Shown: positions 17,864 through 28,746, counted from the stretch's first letter. The stretch: DNA of 64,000 bases from Thermoanaerobaculia bacterium (GCA_045807625.1 JBJMHA010000041.1:201228-265227), one strand, 5' to 3'. Numbers and translations: made by a program. The notes: generated by a model not told the origin, from the sequence alone.

Positions 17864-19362
17864 GATCTTTTGCTCCTTGCTGGCGCGAAATATACCCCAA
17901 ACGCCGCTCCGGCGAGGATCGTACAGAGGAACGGCACCAGCCAGGGGCGGCGGCTGAAGGGGGTCAGGCGCCGCTCTCCCAATATCCGGACGCTGATGAC
18001 CCCCTCCTGGTTGACCCCCAGCTCCTCGCGCACCGAGCCGTCGGGCGCCACCCAGGCGGAGACGCCGGTGATGGCGGCCCGCAGCAGGGGGCGGCGGCTC
18101 TCGGCGGCGCGGAAGCGGGCCGCCCGGAAGTGTTGCCAGGGGGCGGAGGTGTCGCCGTACCAGGCGTCGTTGGTGATGGTGACCAGGAGCGTCGCCCCCT
18201 GCTGGACGAGCGCCGCCACCTCGGTGGGGAAAACCACCTCGTAGCAGATCGCCATTCCGATCTTCTCGCCCCCCCAGGGGAGGAGGACGGTGCGGTCGGC
18301 CGGCCGCATCTCGCCGGCGTTGCGGGCCAGCTTGTCCATCCAGCCGAAGACGCCGCGGAAGGGGACGTACTCGCCGAAGGGGACCAGGTGGCGCTTGTCG
18401 TAGCGGGCCACCTCGCCCGAGGCGGAGACCAGGAAGGCCGAGTTGTAGAAGGTGTCCCCCACCGGCGAGCCGGAGTTGAAGAGCACGGTGCAGCCACGGT
18501 CGACCATGCGGGCGAGGTCGTCGTCGAGCATCGCGTCGCGCTTGTATTGGAAGGGCCAGGCCGCGCTCTCGGGCCAGACCACCAGCGCGCCCGGCTGGCA
18601 GGCCGCCATCGACTGGCCGATCACCTTCTGGTAGTTGCGGATCACCGCGGTCTCGTCGAACCCGACCAGGTTGGGGATGTTCGGCTGGAGCAGGCGGACG
18701 GCGCGGCCGACGCCGGACATCTCGCGGAGCGCCCGGGCGTCCTGCCGCAGGCTCCAGCGCCCGGCGAGGGGAAGGAGGAGCAGGGGGACGAGCAGGCCGA
18801 TCGCCGCCGGCTCCCAGCGCCGCCGCTGGACCGAGGCGGCCACCGAGACGCTGGTGAGCAGCGCCAGGAACCCGATGCCGTAGGCGCCGATCCAGGCCGA
18901 GAGGGGCAGGGCCCCCGGCACCTCCACCCAGGAGTAGCCCGCGAGGTTCCAGGGGAAGCCGCCGCCGAGGTAGGTGCGCAGCCATTCGAGCGCCACCCAG
19001 AGAGCCGGGAGGATGAGGATGCGCGCGGCGATCCACCGGCGCCAGATCTTCGACCCCAGCCAGGCGAAGACGGCGTGGAAGAGGGCGAGGTAGCCGGCGA
19101 GCAGGCTGGTGAGCGCGATGGCGACGGGGAGGGCGATGCCGCCGTAGGTCTGGAGCGTGGGGACGATCCAGTAGAGGCCGGTCATCCACGCCGCGTAGCC
19201 ATGGACCCAGGCGAGGCGGCCCGGCCGCGGCGCCGAGAGCAGAAGGATCAGCGGCGCCAGGGCGATCCACGCCGCCAGCGAGAGCGGGCTCTTGCCGAAG
19301 CAGAGCCCCCACAGGACGCCCCCCGCGGCGGCGATGGCGTATCGGAAGAGGGGATGGCTCAC
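17860..19362 (-). CDS. lnt: apolipoprotein N-acyltransferase
   Basis: 500 aa. N-terminal TM region plus a C-terminal CN-hydrolase domain (AICYEVVFP, TNDAWYG). Confidence 0.85.
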   Translation of the reverse strand: MSHPLFRYAIAAAGGVLWGLCFGKSPLSLAAWIALAPLILLLSAPRPGRLAWVHGYAAWMTGLYWIVPTLQTYGGIALPVAIALTSLLAGYLALFHAVFAWLGSKIWRRWIAARILILPALWVALEWLRTYLGGGFPWNLAGYSWVEVPGALPLSAWIGAYGIGFLALLTSVSVAASVQRRRWEPAAIGLLVPLLLLPLAGRWSLRQDARALREMSGVGRAVRLLQPNIPNLVGFDETAVIRNYQKVIGQSMAACQPGALVVWPESAAWPFQYKRDAMLDDDLARMVDRGCTVLFNSGSPVGDTFYNSAFLVSASGEVARYDKRHLVPFGEYVPFRGVFGWMDKLARNAGEMRPADRTVLLPWGGEKIGMAICYEVVFPTEVAALVQQGATLLVTITNDAWYGDTSAPWQHFRAARFRAAESRRPLLRAAITGVSAWVAPDGSVREELGVNQEGVISVRILGERRLTPFSRRPWLVPFLCTILAGAAFGVYFAPARSKRS

Positions 19363-19363
19363 C

Positions 19364-20182
19364 CTACTCCGTCACCCACGTATCCAGCTTGTACCCCTTG
19401 CGCACCTTGTCGGCCACCCCCTGGGCGTCGGCGCGCGACTTGAACGGGCCGATGCGCACGCGGTACATGGTGCGCCCGCCGCGGTCGATGGGGGAGAGGT
19501 AGGCCTTCTGGCCGCCCCCCGCCAACTGGCCGCGGATGCGCTCCGCCTGCGCCTGGTCGGGCGAGGAGAAGACCTGGATCACGTAGGACCCCTTGGGGAT
19601 GGCGGGCGCCGCGGCTCTCCTGGCGGTTTTGGCCGCCCTGGCCGGAGCGGGCGCGGGCTCGGGGGCCGCCGGAGCCGGAGTGGCCGCCGCGGCCGCCTCC
19701 GCCGCGGCGTTGCGCGCCTTGCGGCGGTTGCGCCGCTCCTGCGCCGGATCGGGCAGGGTGGTGGGGACGGGCGCGGTCTCCTGAGGGGTCTGAGCGGCGG
19801 CCGGCGCGGGCTCTTCCTGGACCGGCTCGGCGGGCGCCGGCGGGGGCGTCTGGGCGGCGGTCTTCTTGCCGCCCACGTCCTCCAGCAGGGTGCCGCCCGG
19901 GGTGGCGGCGGCCTCCTGCCGCTTGCCGTTCTTCCCCTTCTTGCCCTTGGAGTCGAAGAACTCCAGCTCCTCCAGGTTCTTCCCCTCCTGCGCGGCCTCG
20001 GGAGGGGTATTGCGCACCATCGCCTCCTGGGCGGCGCGGGCGGTGCTCTCGCGGCCGATCCAGATTCCAGAGAAGAAGGCGGCCAGCAGGCAGGTCAACA
20101 GGATCACGAAAGCGACGACCACCTGACGGTTGGTCAGGGCGATCTCGTAATAGCTCGGCTCGTGCGGCTCAGACACGTTCAC
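19364..20182 (-). CDS. SPOR-domain cell-division/peptidoglycan-binding protein
   Basis: GTG start. TM segment, Pro/Ala-rich linker, and C-terminal SPOR (YVIQVFSSPDQAQAERIRGQL...YRVRIGPFKSRADAQ). Confidence 0.6.
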   Translation of the reverse strand: MNVSEPHEPSYYEIALTNRQVVVAFVILLTCLLAAFFSGIWIGRESTARAAQEAMVRNTPPEAAQEGKNLEELEFFDSKGKKGKNGKRQEAAATPGGTLLEDVGGKKTAAQTPPPAPAEPVQEEPAPAAAQTPQETAPVPTTLPDPAQERRNRRKARNAAAEAAAAATPAPAAPEPAPAPARAAKTARRAAAPAIPKGSYVIQVFSSPDQAQAERIRGQLAGGGQKAYLSPIDRGGRTMYRVRIGPFKSRADAQGVADKVRKGYKLDTWVTE

Positions 20183-20190
20183 GCTCCCAC

Positions 20191-20949
20191 TTACGTCTTG
20201 TTCCCCGTGAAGGCCCTCATGAATTCGACCGGGAAGGGGAAGATGATGGTCGAGTTCTTCTCGGCCGAGATCTCGGTGAGCGTCTGCAGGTAACGGAGCT
20301 GCAGGGTGGTCGCGTTCGCGGAGATGATGTTCGCCGCCTCGGCCAGCTTCACCGAGGCTTCGAGCTCGCCGGCGGCGTGGATGATCTTGGCGCGCTTCTC
20401 GCGCTCGGCCTCGGCCTGCTTGGCCATCGCGCGCTGCATGTCCGGCGGCAGGTCGACGTTCTTGACCTCCACCATCGAGACCTTGATCCCCCAGGGATCG
20501 GTGTGCTGGTCGATGATCGTCTGGAGCTGCAGGTTGAGCTTCTCGCGCTCCGAGAGCAGGTCGTCCAGCTCGGCCTGGCCGAGCACCGACCGCAGGGTCG
20601 TCTGGGCGAGCTGGCTCGTTGCGTACTTGTAGTTCTGCACCGCCACGATCGCGCGCGCCGGGTCGACGACCCGGAAGTAGATGATCGCGTTCACCTTCAC
20701 CGAGACGTTGTCGCGGGTGATGACGTCCTGCGGCGGAACCTCGAGGACTTCCGTCTGCAGCGAGACCTTCGTCATCGTCTCGAACGGCCAGAAGATGAGC
20801 ACCAGGCCGGGACCCTTGGGATTTGGCGACAGGCGGCCGAGCCAGAAGGTGACGGCGCGCTCGTACTCCTTGAGCACGTTCACCCATTTCAAAAACAGGA
20901 AGACCGCAATAAAGATGATCGCGATGAATCCGAATCCAATGGATGGCAT
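20191..20949 (-). CDS. SPFH/band-7 (stomatin-like) protein
   Basis: 252 aa. N-terminal TM. SPFH core. Adjacent to an NfeD gene. Confidence 0.85.
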   Translation of the reverse strand: MPSIGFGFIAIIFIAVFLFLKWVNVLKEYERAVTFWLGRLSPNPKGPGLVLIFWPFETMTKVSLQTEVLEVPPQDVITRDNVSVKVNAIIYFRVVDPARAIVAVQNYKYATSQLAQTTLRSVLGQAELDDLLSEREKLNLQLQTIIDQHTDPWGIKVSMVEVKNVDLPPDMQRAMAKQAEAEREKRAKIIHAAGELEASVKLAEAANIISANATTLQLRYLQTLTEISAEKNSTIIFPFPVEFMRAFTGNKT

Positions 20950-20983
20950 GAGGACCCTTCCCCTTTGATTTAAGTGATCAATC

Positions 20984-22309
20984 TCAGGCGATTGAATCCT
21001 GGCGGCGACGGACCGCCAGGGTGAGATTGCGTACCGCGACCACCTCGACCGGCTCTCCCAGGGCGACCGGCTCCTCGGCGATGGCGTCCCAGATCTCCCC
21101 TTGGACGAAGACCTTGCCGCGGGGGGCCAAGGGGGAGCGGGCGATGCCGATCTGGTGGATCAGCGCCTCGATCCCCGCGCGGACCGGCATGCTCTGGGCG
21201 CGCAGGGCCATGAAGGCCAGGAAGCCGACCACCAGGAGAGAGAATGCCGCCACCATGGCGATCAATTCCACGCTCACCCGCAGTGCGGACTCCGAGGTCT
21301 TGAACAGCATCAGGGAGCCGAGGACCAGGCAGAGCACCCCTGCCACCCCCAGCATGCCATAGCTCGTGACCTTGATCTCGAGGATGAAGAAGACCACCGC
21401 GAGCAGGATCAGGGCCAGCCCGGCGTAGTTGACCGGCAGCACGGAGAGCCCGTAGAAGGAGAGGATGAGGCAGATCGCCCCCACCACTCCGGGGAGCACG
21501 GCGCCGGGATGCATCAGCTCGAAGAACAGGCCGAGCCAGCCGATGCCGAGCAGGAGATAGGTGATGTTGGGATCGGCGAGCACGCCCAGGAACGCCCGCA
21601 GGGAGGAGATCTCGAACGGCCTCAACCGTGCGCCGCCCGTGTGCAGGATCACCTGAGTCGCCCCGCGGTGGATCACGCGGCCGTCGAGGGCGCGGACCAG
21701 GGCGGGGACGTCCGGCGCCACGAGGTCGATCAGCTTGCTCTGCAGCGCCTCGTCGGCGGTGAAGGAGCGGCTCTTGAGCACGGCCTCCTCGGCGAGTTGG
21801 GGGGGGCGGCCGTTGCGCACGGCGAGGGAGCGGATGTTGGCCGCCGCGTCCTCCTCCACCTTCTTGGCCATCGTCCCCTTGATGTCCCCGCCGTCGCCGT
21901 CGACCGGATGGGCGGCGCCCGCGTTGGTGCCGGGGGCCATGGCGGCGACGTCGGCCGACATCAGGATGAAGAACCCGGCCGAGCCGGCCCGGGCGCCGCT
22001 GGGGGCCACGTAGACCACGACCGGCGTGCGGGCCCCCAGGATGGCGGTGGTGATGTCACGGGTGGAGGAGAGCAGGCCGCCCGGCGTGTCGAGCTCGACG
22101 ATCAAGGCCGCCGCGCCCTGCCGGTCCGCCTCCTGAATGGCGTCCGCGATCAGCTCCGCCGAGACGGGGTGGATCGCCGACTTGACCTGCACCAGCCAGA
22201 CCTCGCCCGTCCTGGGGGCGGACGAGGCCAGCGGCGCGAGAGGGCCGAGGAGGCCGAGGGCGAGGAGCGCCAGGGCCAGGAGGCGGGGTAGAGCTTGGGA
22301 GCGGCGCAT
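20984..22309 (-). CDS. NfeD-family membrane-bound ClpP-class protease, stomatin partner
   Basis: 441 aa. N-terminal ClpP-like protease domain, multiple TM segments, and a C-terminal OB-fold domain. Confidence 0.8.
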   Translation of the reverse strand: MRRSQALPRLLALALLALGLLGPLAPLASSAPRTGEVWLVQVKSAIHPVSAELIADAIQEADRQGAAALIVELDTPGGLLSSTRDITTAILGARTPVVVYVAPSGARAGSAGFFILMSADVAAMAPGTNAGAAHPVDGDGGDIKGTMAKKVEEDAAANIRSLAVRNGRPPQLAEEAVLKSRSFTADEALQSKLIDLVAPDVPALVRALDGRVIHRGATQVILHTGGARLRPFEISSLRAFLGVLADPNITYLLLGIGWLGLFFELMHPGAVLPGVVGAICLILSFYGLSVLPVNYAGLALILLAVVFFILEIKVTSYGMLGVAGVLCLVLGSLMLFKTSESALRVSVELIAMVAAFSLLVVGFLAFMALRAQSMPVRAGIEALIHQIGIARSPLAPRGKVFVQGEIWDAIAEEPVALGEPVEVVAVRNLTLAVRRRQDSIA

Positions 22310-22360
22310 GGTTTTTCAGGAGTGAGTATATCAGGGGGAGGTTTCCGGCCCTCCATGCGC

Positions 22361-22560
22361 TCTTGTCCTCGGTCGCGCCTGCCCTCCGAAGCCTCACCCC
22401 CTGGCCCCCTCTCCACTCCGTGGAGAGGGGGAACGCAGCGGAGCCGATCTTGCCGAATCAGGAGATTTTGATCTCTGGGCCCTCCCTCTCCACGAAGTGG
22501 AGAGGGACCGAGGGTGAGGCTTCGGAGGGCAGGTGGCTCAGAGGGCAAAGGCGTTTGGAA
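22361..22560. repeat. MITE-like palindromic element, copy 1
   Basis: Outer inverted arms gccctccgaagcctcaccc ... gggtgaggcttcggagggc. Inner hairpins ctctccactccgtggagaggg and ccctctccacgaagtggagaggg. A second copy lies at 26990-27175 in opposite orientation. Confidence 0.75.
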
Positions 22561-22567
22561 TGGCCCC

Positions 22568-23230
22568 CTACCGCGGCACCGCCCCCACGATCTCCCCCTC
22601 CTCCCCCAGCGCCGGATACCCCACCCCCCGCTTCCGGCATTGGGCGGCGATCTCCGGCCAGGTCCATTCGAAGAGGGTGCGCGCATAAGTCTCCGGATCG
22701 AGCCGGGGGGCGTCGTAGAATCCGGCGGCGCGGCGCTGGCGGTGGGCCTCGAAGAGGAGGAGGGCGGCGGCCACGGAGACGTTGAGGGAGGTGCCCATCC
22801 CCTCCATCGGGATCTGGACCACGCCGTCGGCGGTGGCCAGGGCCTCGGGGGTCACGCCGTCGTCCTCGTTGCCCAGGAGGAGGCAGGTGGGGAGGGTGTA
22901 GTCCACCTCGCGGAAGGGGACGGCGTCCGGGGTGGGGTGGGCGGCGAGGACGCGCAACCCCTGGCCCTTGAGGACGGCCAGGGCGGCGGCGAGCGTCCGG
23001 TGCTTGTGGACGGGGAGCCACTTGCGGTTGCCCCCGGAGGCGGGGCGGGAGATCTTGAGCCGGCCGCCGGGCCAGACGGCGTGGGCCGCGAAGACCCCCA
23101 CGGCGTCGCAGCTCCGCAGGATGGCGGCGAGGTTGCGCGGCACCTGGACGTCCTCCAGCAGGACGGTGAGGTCCGGCTGGCGGCGGTCGAGGACGGCGCG
23201 GAGGCGGTGATAGCGTTTAGGCGTGCTCAT
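22568..23230 (-). CDS. SpoU/TrmH-family RNA 2'-O-methyltransferase
   Basis: 220 aa from [10 protein letters not shown] with SPOUT signatures. Only the 3' third of the 525-aa six-frame ORF. Confidence 0.75.
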   Translation of the reverse strand: MSTPKRYHRLRAVLDRRQPDLTVLLEDVQVPRNLAAILRSCDAVGVFAAHAVWPGGRLKISRPASGGNRKWLPVHKHRTLAAALAVLKGQGLRVLAAHPTPDAVPFREVDYTLPTCLLLGNEDDGVTPEALATADGVVQIPMEGMGTSLNVSVAAALLLFEAHRQRRAAGFYDAPRLDPETYARTLFEWTWPEIAAQCRKRGVGYPALGEEGEIVGAVPR

Positions 23231-23314
23231 CGCGGTCAACCGCGATACGATACCCCGGGGCGCCTGCCGCCCGCGGTACCCAATCGAGAATTCAGACGGA
23301 GGGAAATCACCTCT

Positions 23315-24397
23315 ATGGCCATCATGGAACGCACGAGCAGCGGCATCGACAAGATCGTCGAGATCCTCGGCAAGGACGCCGACAACCTCCTCTCCTTCAC
23401 CTGCAAGGGGATCCCGAAGGAGCAGATCACCGTCCCCGGCCCCGACCACGTCGAGCGGGTCTGGTCCCACTCCGACCGCAAGCCGCCGGTGCTGGTGAAT
23501 CTCCAGCGCCTCTACGGCACGGGACGGCTGGCCGACACCGGCTACCTCTCCATCCTGCCGGTCGACCAGGGGGTGGAGCACTCGGCCGCCGCCTCGTTCG
23601 CTCCCAACCCGGCCTACTTCGATCCCGAGAACATCGTGCGCCTGGCCATCGAGGCCGGGTGCAACGCGGTGGCCTCGACGATGGGGGTGCTCGGCATCCT
23701 GTCGCGGAAATACGCGCACAAGATCCCGTTCATCGCCAAGATCAACCACAACGAGCTGCTGACCTACCCCAATAAATTCCAGCAGATCCTCTTCGGCAGC
23801 GTCGAGGAGGCCTGGAACATGGGCGCGGCGGCCGTCGGGGCCACGGTCTACTTCGGCAGCGACGACGCCGACCGCGAGATCGTCGAGATCGCCGAGGCCT
23901 TCCAGCAGGCCCACGAGCTGGGGCTGGCGACGGTGCTCTGGGCCTATACCCGCAGCAACGCCTTCAAGAAGGACGGAGTGGACTACCACACCTCCGCCGA
24001 CCTCACCGGCCAGGCGAACCACCTCGCGGTCACCATGCAGGCCGACATCGTCAAGCAGAAGCAGGCGACGGTGAACGGCGGCTACACCGCCCTCAGCTTC
24101 GGCAAGACCAGCCCCAAGGTCTACGGCGAGCTGGTGGCCGACCACCCGATCGACTGGAACCGTTGGCAGGTGGTCAACTGCTACAGCGGCAAGGTGAGCT
24201 TGATCAACTCCGGCGGCGAGTCCAAGGGGGCGGACGACTTCGCCCAGGCCGTGCGCACGGCGGTGGTCAACAAGCGGGCCGGCGGCTCGGGGTTGATCTC
24301 CGGCCGCAAGGCCTTCCAGCGGCCGATGAAAGAGGGGGTCGAGCTGTTCCGCGGGATTCAGGACGTGTTTTTGTGCCCCGAGGTGACGGTGGCGTAG
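23315..24397 (+). CDS. class I fructose-bisphosphate aldolase (DhnA/FbaB type)
   Basis: 360 aa from [10 protein letters not shown] with a typical archaeal-type class I FBA sequence. GGAGGG RBS. Confidence 0.8.
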   Translation: MAIMERTSSGIDKIVEILGKDADNLLSFTCKGIPKEQITVPGPDHVERVWSHSDRKPPVLVNLQRLYGTGRLADTGYLSILPVDQGVEHSAAASFAPNPAYFDPENIVRLAIEAGCNAVASTMGVLGILSRKYAHKIPFIAKINHNELLTYPNKFQQILFGSVEEAWNMGAAAVGATVYFGSDDADREIVEIAEAFQQAHELGLATVLWAYTRSNAFKKDGVDYHTSADLTGQANHLAVTMQADIVKQKQATVNGGYTALSFGKTSPKVYGELVADHPIDWNRWQVVNCYSGKVSLINSGGESKGADDFAQAVRTAVVNKRAGGSGLISGRKAFQRPMKEGVELFRGIQDVFLCPEVTVA

Positions 24398-24399
24398 AG

Positions 24400-24672
24400 T
24401 TCTCGGCAGATTTTCTTAGCTCCGAGTTCATCTGCAAGGTTGAGCTCCCCAGGATTTTAGAGCACTATCGGAGCGGGAAATTACGGATTCTTCCCGTCCT
24501 TGTTCAAGATGTTGCATGGGATTGGATTCCTTGGCTGAAGGAAATACAGATGAGACCTTGGAATGCAATCCCTCTCGCAGCGCGGAATCACACCGGGAGA
24601 GAGAAGGAGTTGGCCAAAGTCGTGCGAGAGATCTTGGCTATGGCTGGTGCCGTTCCTGTTCCCACTGTCTAG
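24400..24672 (+). pseudogene. low-GC TIR-domain-like C-terminal gene fragment with no start
   Basis: Frame reads ...DFLSSEFICKVELPRILEHYRSGKLRILPVLVQDVAWDWIPWLKE..., which resembles TIR alphaC-betaD (SSxWCxxEL ... VIPVFY). About 50% GC against 68% in the flanks. No N-terminal half. Confidence 0.3.
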
Positions 24673-24779
24673 CCTAGTGGCCTGTCACCCTAGAGATGAC
24701 GTCCTTCCAGGGTGGCCCTGAGCCGCGATCACGGCGACGTCCGGCCGCCGGGAAGCGCTCCCCGACGGATTTCGAGCAT

Positions 24780-25010
24780 GACCCCGCCGAAAAATCTCGC
24801 GGGGCAAAGGCCGCCCTCCGAGACCCGGAGCAAAAATCTCGCGGGGGACGTCTCCCCTCTGAGACTCTCCGTCCGGGGCTTGCTGGATGTCGCCGCGGAT
24901 TCGCGGGGGAGCTCCCCCCCTGCGAGCCCGCGCGGGGAAATCTCAAGGGGGAGAGCCGCCCCGCGAGATTTTCTGGGCGGGGCTCACGGGGCGAGCTTCC
25001 CCTTCGAGTT
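24780..25010. repeat. degenerate repeats of AAATCTCGCGGGG / CGCGAGATTTT
   Basis: Four or more copies, direct and inverted. Includes gcggattcgcggggg, shared with the 5860-6100 tract. Confidence 0.6.
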
Positions 25011-25149
25011 TCTTGAGCGCGGGAGCGCACCTTCCGTCCACGGCTTCATTCCCCATCGGCGCTCCAGAGCAAAATTTCCAGCCGGGAGAAGACCCGGGAC
25101 GCCGGAATCCCATTCCGCGTCCTCGGATCGGCCTGCAGGGCGGCAGGGC

Positions 25150-26355
25150 CTACACCGCCGCCGGCACCCCCACCAGCCCGCCGATCTCCTCCAGCCGCGC
25201 CTCCGCGTCCTCCTCGCCCAGCTCGATCAATCTCTGGAGATAGTCCGGCTGGAACATCAGCATGCTGAGGAAGTCCGAGGTCTGGGTGTCGCGCGTGCCC
25301 AGGCTGCGCACGAGGTAACGGAACCCGGAGGGGAGGCGGGGCTCGAAGGAGGCGGCGAGCTCGCCGAGGTCCCGCGAGGGGCGCAGGACGCGGATCGCCA
25401 CGTGGCGCAGGCCGCCGCGCTCCCCGGGCGGGAGCTTGGCGAGCAACTGGTTGATGCTCTGCAGGCGCCGCACGTCCTCGTCCAGCACGTCGAGGAAGAT
25501 CGAATCCATCAAGTGGCCGAGGATCTGCGCCGGCGGCGGGTAGCCGGTGCTCTTGAGGCGGTCCGCCTCCTCGAAGGTCGGCTCGTGGTGGGGGGAGACG
25601 GCGAGGACGCGCGTCGCCCCCAGGCGGAGCGCCGGCACCAGCGGGGTCGAGAGGCGCACGCCGCCGTCGCCGTACCAGGCGTCCCCCAGGCGGACGGCCG
25701 GGAAGAAGAGGGGGAGGGCGGCGGAGGCCATCACGTGCTCGACGGCGATGCGGGCGTGTAAGCTGCGGTGCCGCGGCTGGCTCCAGGGCACGGTGCCGTG
25801 CCCCTGTACCCAGGTCACCGTCTGGCCGTTGGAGTAGTTGAGGGCGGTCAGCGCCAGCGCCTTGAGGCGCTTCCGCTCGAGGTTGCGCTCGATGCCGATG
25901 AGCTCGCCGTCCACCGTGGAGGAGGAGCGCTCGATGGTGCCGTAGAGCGGAGCGGTGTCCACCAAGCCGCGCACCGCCGGGGCCACGGGAGAGCCGCCCG
26001 AGGCGAGGCGGGTGGCCCAGCGGGTGAAGTGGCGCGCCAGCGAGGGGGTGTCCACCCGGAAGATGTCCTCCACCTGGAGGTGGCTCCAGATGCCGCAGAG
26101 CTCGTCCATCGCCTCGGCGAGCGGGCCGGGGTGGGCGGCGATGAAGCTGGCGTTGATCGCGCCGGCCGAGACGCCGGTGATGATGGAGAAGCGCAGGTCC
26201 GGCAAGCACTGCGAGAGCCGCCGGAGCACTCCGGCCTGATAGGCCCCCCGCGCCCCGCCGCCCGAGAGGACCAGGGCGAGGTCGCCCCCCGCCGCGCCGT
26301 TGCTGGTCGGAGGAGAGGGGGTCATGGCATGATCGTCGCGGCGCGGGTCGGACAC
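25150..26355 (-). CDS. patatin-like phospholipase
   Basis: Oxyanion hole LSGGGARG, nucleophile GVSAG, catalytic Asp in DGG. 401 aa. Confidence 0.8.
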   Translation of the reverse strand: MSDPRRDDHAMTPSPPTSNGAAGGDLALVLSGGGARGAYQAGVLRRLSQCLPDLRFSIITGVSAGAINASFIAAHPGPLAEAMDELCGIWSHLQVEDIFRVDTPSLARHFTRWATRLASGGSPVAPAVRGLVDTAPLYGTIERSSSTVDGELIGIERNLERKRLKALALTALNYSNGQTVTWVQGHGTVPWSQPRHRSLHARIAVEHVMASAALPLFFPAVRLGDAWYGDGGVRLSTPLVPALRLGATRVLAVSPHHEPTFEEADRLKSTGYPPPAQILGHLMDSIFLDVLDEDVRRLQSINQLLAKLPPGERGGLRHVAIRVLRPSRDLGELAASFEPRLPSGFRYLVRSLGTRDTQTSDFLSMLMFQPDYLQRLIELGEEDAEARLEEIGGLVGVPAAV

Positions 26356-26384
26356 CGCATCACTCTACTGGGAGACAAGGCAAA

Positions 26385-26981
26385 ATGAAAACCGTTCTGA
26401 AGGTGCTGGCGGTGCTCGCGGTCGTCGTCCTGGGTGCCATCGGCTTCATGTTCTCGGGTCTCTACAATGTCTCGGCCAGCGTTCCGGACAAGGGATTGAT
26501 CCGCTGGGCCCTGGTCACCACGCAGCGGCATTCGGTCCAGCGCGGGGTCGAGGCGCTCAAGGGGAAGGTCCAGGTGCCCAACCTGGAAGACCCGCAGCGG
26601 ATCCAGACCGGGCTCGTGCACTACCACGAGATGTGCACCACCTGCCACGGCGCGCCCGGGGTCAACATCTCGGAGATCGGCCAGGGGCTGAGCCCCGATC
26701 CCCCCGAGCTCTCCGACGTCGGGCGGGACGAGCCGGAGGAGACCTTCTGGGTGGTCAAGAACGGCATCAAGATGACCGGCATGCCCTCGTTCGGGGTCAC
26801 CCACACCGACGACGAGATCTGGGACATCGTGGCCTTCGTCCGCAAGATGGGGAAGCTCACGCCGCAGCAGTATCAGGCGATGGTGCACCAGGCGGGGCTC
26901 GGCGCGCCGGGGCAGGAGAACGAGGGGCACGAGCACGAACATGGGGAGGAGCACCAGGCGCAGCCTGCCAAGCCTCAATAG
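26385..26981 (+). CDS. membrane-anchored class I c-type cytochrome
   Basis: Signal/TM segment. CTTCHG heme motif. His-rich C-terminus. Confidence 0.75.
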   Translation: MKTVLKVLAVLAVVVLGAIGFMFSGLYNVSASVPDKGLIRWALVTTQRHSVQRGVEALKGKVQVPNLEDPQRIQTGLVHYHEMCTTCHGAPGVNISEIGQGLSPDPPELSDVGRDEPEETFWVVKNGIKMTGMPSFGVTHTDDEIWDIVAFVRKMGKLTPQQYQAMVHQAGLGAPGQENEGHEHEHGEEHQAQPAKPQ

Positions 26982-26989
26982 GCCTTGCC

Positions 26990-27175
26990 ATCGGAGCGGC
27001 CTGCCCTCCGAAGCCTCACCCTCGATCCCTCTCCACTCCGTGGAGAGGGAGGGCCCAGAGATCGAAGTCTTCCGAATTCGGCAAGATCGTCTCAGCTACG
27101 TTCCCCCTCTCCACGCAGTGGAGAGGGGGCCAGGGGGTGAGGATTCGAAGGGCAGGCCGCCCTGGGGTGAGGTCC
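26990..27175. repeat. MITE-like palindromic element, copy 2 (inverted relative to copy 1)
   Basis: Same outer arms and inner gtggagaggg hairpins as 22361-22560. The central 45 bp is the reverse complement of copy 1's centre. Confidence 0.75.
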
Positions 27176-28011
27176 TACTTCGCCGCCTGCTGGTCCGGCG
27201 TCTGGGTGCCGGTGATCTTCAGCGAGCTGAGCATGGTCTGGAAGGCGGCCTCGTTGGCCGCGAACTTGTCGTCGGCCGTGGTCATCAGGAGGATCACCAC
27301 ATCCTTGTCGCGGGGCACGGCCACCCAGTGCTGGTCGGTGCGGATGGAGCCCTTGCCGTCGATGCCGGCGCCCGTCCCGGCGCCGCTCACCACCAGCGAG
27401 AAGCCCCGCATGCCGCCGACGTTGATGATTTCCTTCTGCCGCACCTCGGCGCCCAGGCTCTTCTGCAACCCCTCCGCGCTCTGCTCGAGCAGGGTGCGAG
27501 GGTTGTACGGCTTGCCCGAATTCTGGACGAAGACGGCGACCGACGAGGCGTTGTCCGGCGACCAGACGCAGCAGATGGTACCCGGCACGGCGAACTTCGT
27601 GGGGTCACCCTGCTGCCAGCCCTGCGGCGGAGAGAACGAGAGGCCGATCTGCTCCGGGGGGACTCCACCCTTCGGCGCGGCGGCCTGGCCGGGCGCCGTG
27701 CCCTGCCCCTGGGCCTGTCCCTGATCCTGGGGGGCCGTCCCGGTCTGTCCCTGAGGAGCGGTCCCGGTCTGGCCCTGACCCTGGGCGGTTCCCTGGGTCC
27801 CTTGCGCCATCCCCTGGTCCTGCGTAGCCGGCTGCTGCCCCTGCGGGTTCTGGTCGGCGGGGGTGTCGTTCTTGATGATCACCTCACCCTTCGGGGGCGC
27901 CTTTTTCGCCGGTTGCGGGCGATGGACCGGTGGCTGCGCCCACCCCGGAAGGAGCGGCGCCGTCAGCAATGCGGTTGCGAAAACGAGAACGCGTGTGTTG
28001 CGCGGGCTCAT
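27175..28011 (-). CDS. secreted Gln/Gly-rich protein of unknown function
   Basis: Start MSPRNTRVLVFATALLTAPLLPGWA is a signal peptide. C-terminal domain is paralogous to 28152-28658 (HWVAVPRDKDVVILLMTTADDKFAANEAAF). Confidence 0.55.
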   Translation of the reverse strand: MSPRNTRVLVFATALLTAPLLPGWAQPPVHRPQPAKKAPPKGEVIIKNDTPADQNPQGQQPATQDQGMAQGTQGTAQGQGQTGTAPQGQTGTAPQDQGQAQGQGTAPGQAAAPKGGVPPEQIGLSFSPPQGWQQGDPTKFAVPGTICCVWSPDNASSVAVFVQNSGKPYNPRTLLEQSAEGLQKSLGAEVRQKEIINVGGMRGFSLVVSGAGTGAGIDGKGSIRTDQHWVAVPRDKDVVILLMTTADDKFAANEAAFQTMLSSLKITGTQTPDQQAAK

Positions 28012-28151
28012 GGTCTTGGCTCTCCTTTGTGGCGGTCGACCGCTCAGGCGTTCGATCCGTGCCAGGTTGACAGTGCTCTCAAGGGATCTCCGCCTGGAAT
28101 CCACGGATCCAGCCAGGATCGCCTCCTCTCCAACGAACGGGCGCCCGCGGT

Positions 28152-28658
28152 CTATTTCGGGGAGCCCTGGATCTCGACCGATGCCAGCATCCTGTCAAAA
28201 GTCCGCTCATCCGCGGCGAATGACGCTTCAGGGGTGCTCAGGAGGAGGACCACGACGTCCCTCTGCCGTGGGATGGCGACCCAGTGCTGCTCGACCCGTG
28301 GGCCGTCTCCGCCGATGCCGGTGCCGGTCGCAACCAGCCCCACCGCTTTCAAACCCCCGAATTCATGCACCTCTCGTGCCTGGACCTCGGCGCCCAGGGC
28401 GCCTTCCAGCGCCGCCGCGAGGCGGTCGAGGAGCGGGGGGTTTGCCGCCGGCACGGCCTCCCAGCGGAAGACCGCGACGGTGGCGACGCCGTCCCGCGTC
28501 CAGGCGCGAAGAATTTTTCCCGGAACGTCGAGCAGGGCAGGATTGGCACGGATCCAGAAGCCGGGAGCGGACATCTTAATCCCGAGCGCCTCCTCCGCAA
28601 AGAGCCTCGCCTCGCCAGAGAGCTCCCAGATCGGCCGGCGCCCACGACGTTGGATCAT
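28152..28658 (-). CDS. paralog of the upstream secreted protein (C-terminal domain only); start uncertain
   Basis: HWVAIPRQRDVVVLLLSTPEASFAADERTF aligns with the neighbouring gene. Confidence 0.4.
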   Translation of the reverse strand: MIQRRGRRPIWELSGEARLFAEEALGIKMSAPGFWIRANPALLDVPGKILRAWTRDGVATVAVFRWEAVPAANPPLLDRLAAALEGALGAEVQAREVHEFGGLKAVGLVATGTGIGGDGPRVEQHWVAIPRQRDVVVLLLSTPEASFAADERTFDRMLASVEIQGSPK

Positions 28659-28746
28659 CACCTTCCCAAACGAGAAAGGACACGCCGTCCTCCCCAGAGG
28701 CCGACACCCGGCGGACGGCACCCGGGTGGAGCGACTCGCCACCACC

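Noticed and set aside
17789-19443. 507-aa and 437-aa ORFs overlapping lnt
   Set aside because: Alternative-frame artefacts. The minus one ends with the 24 N-terminal codons of prfB, which explains its apparent length.
22514-24397. 627-aa + strand ORF
   Set aside because: Only the last 360 codons (class I aldolase from MAIMERTSS) are real. The upstream part is antisense to the trmH-like gene.
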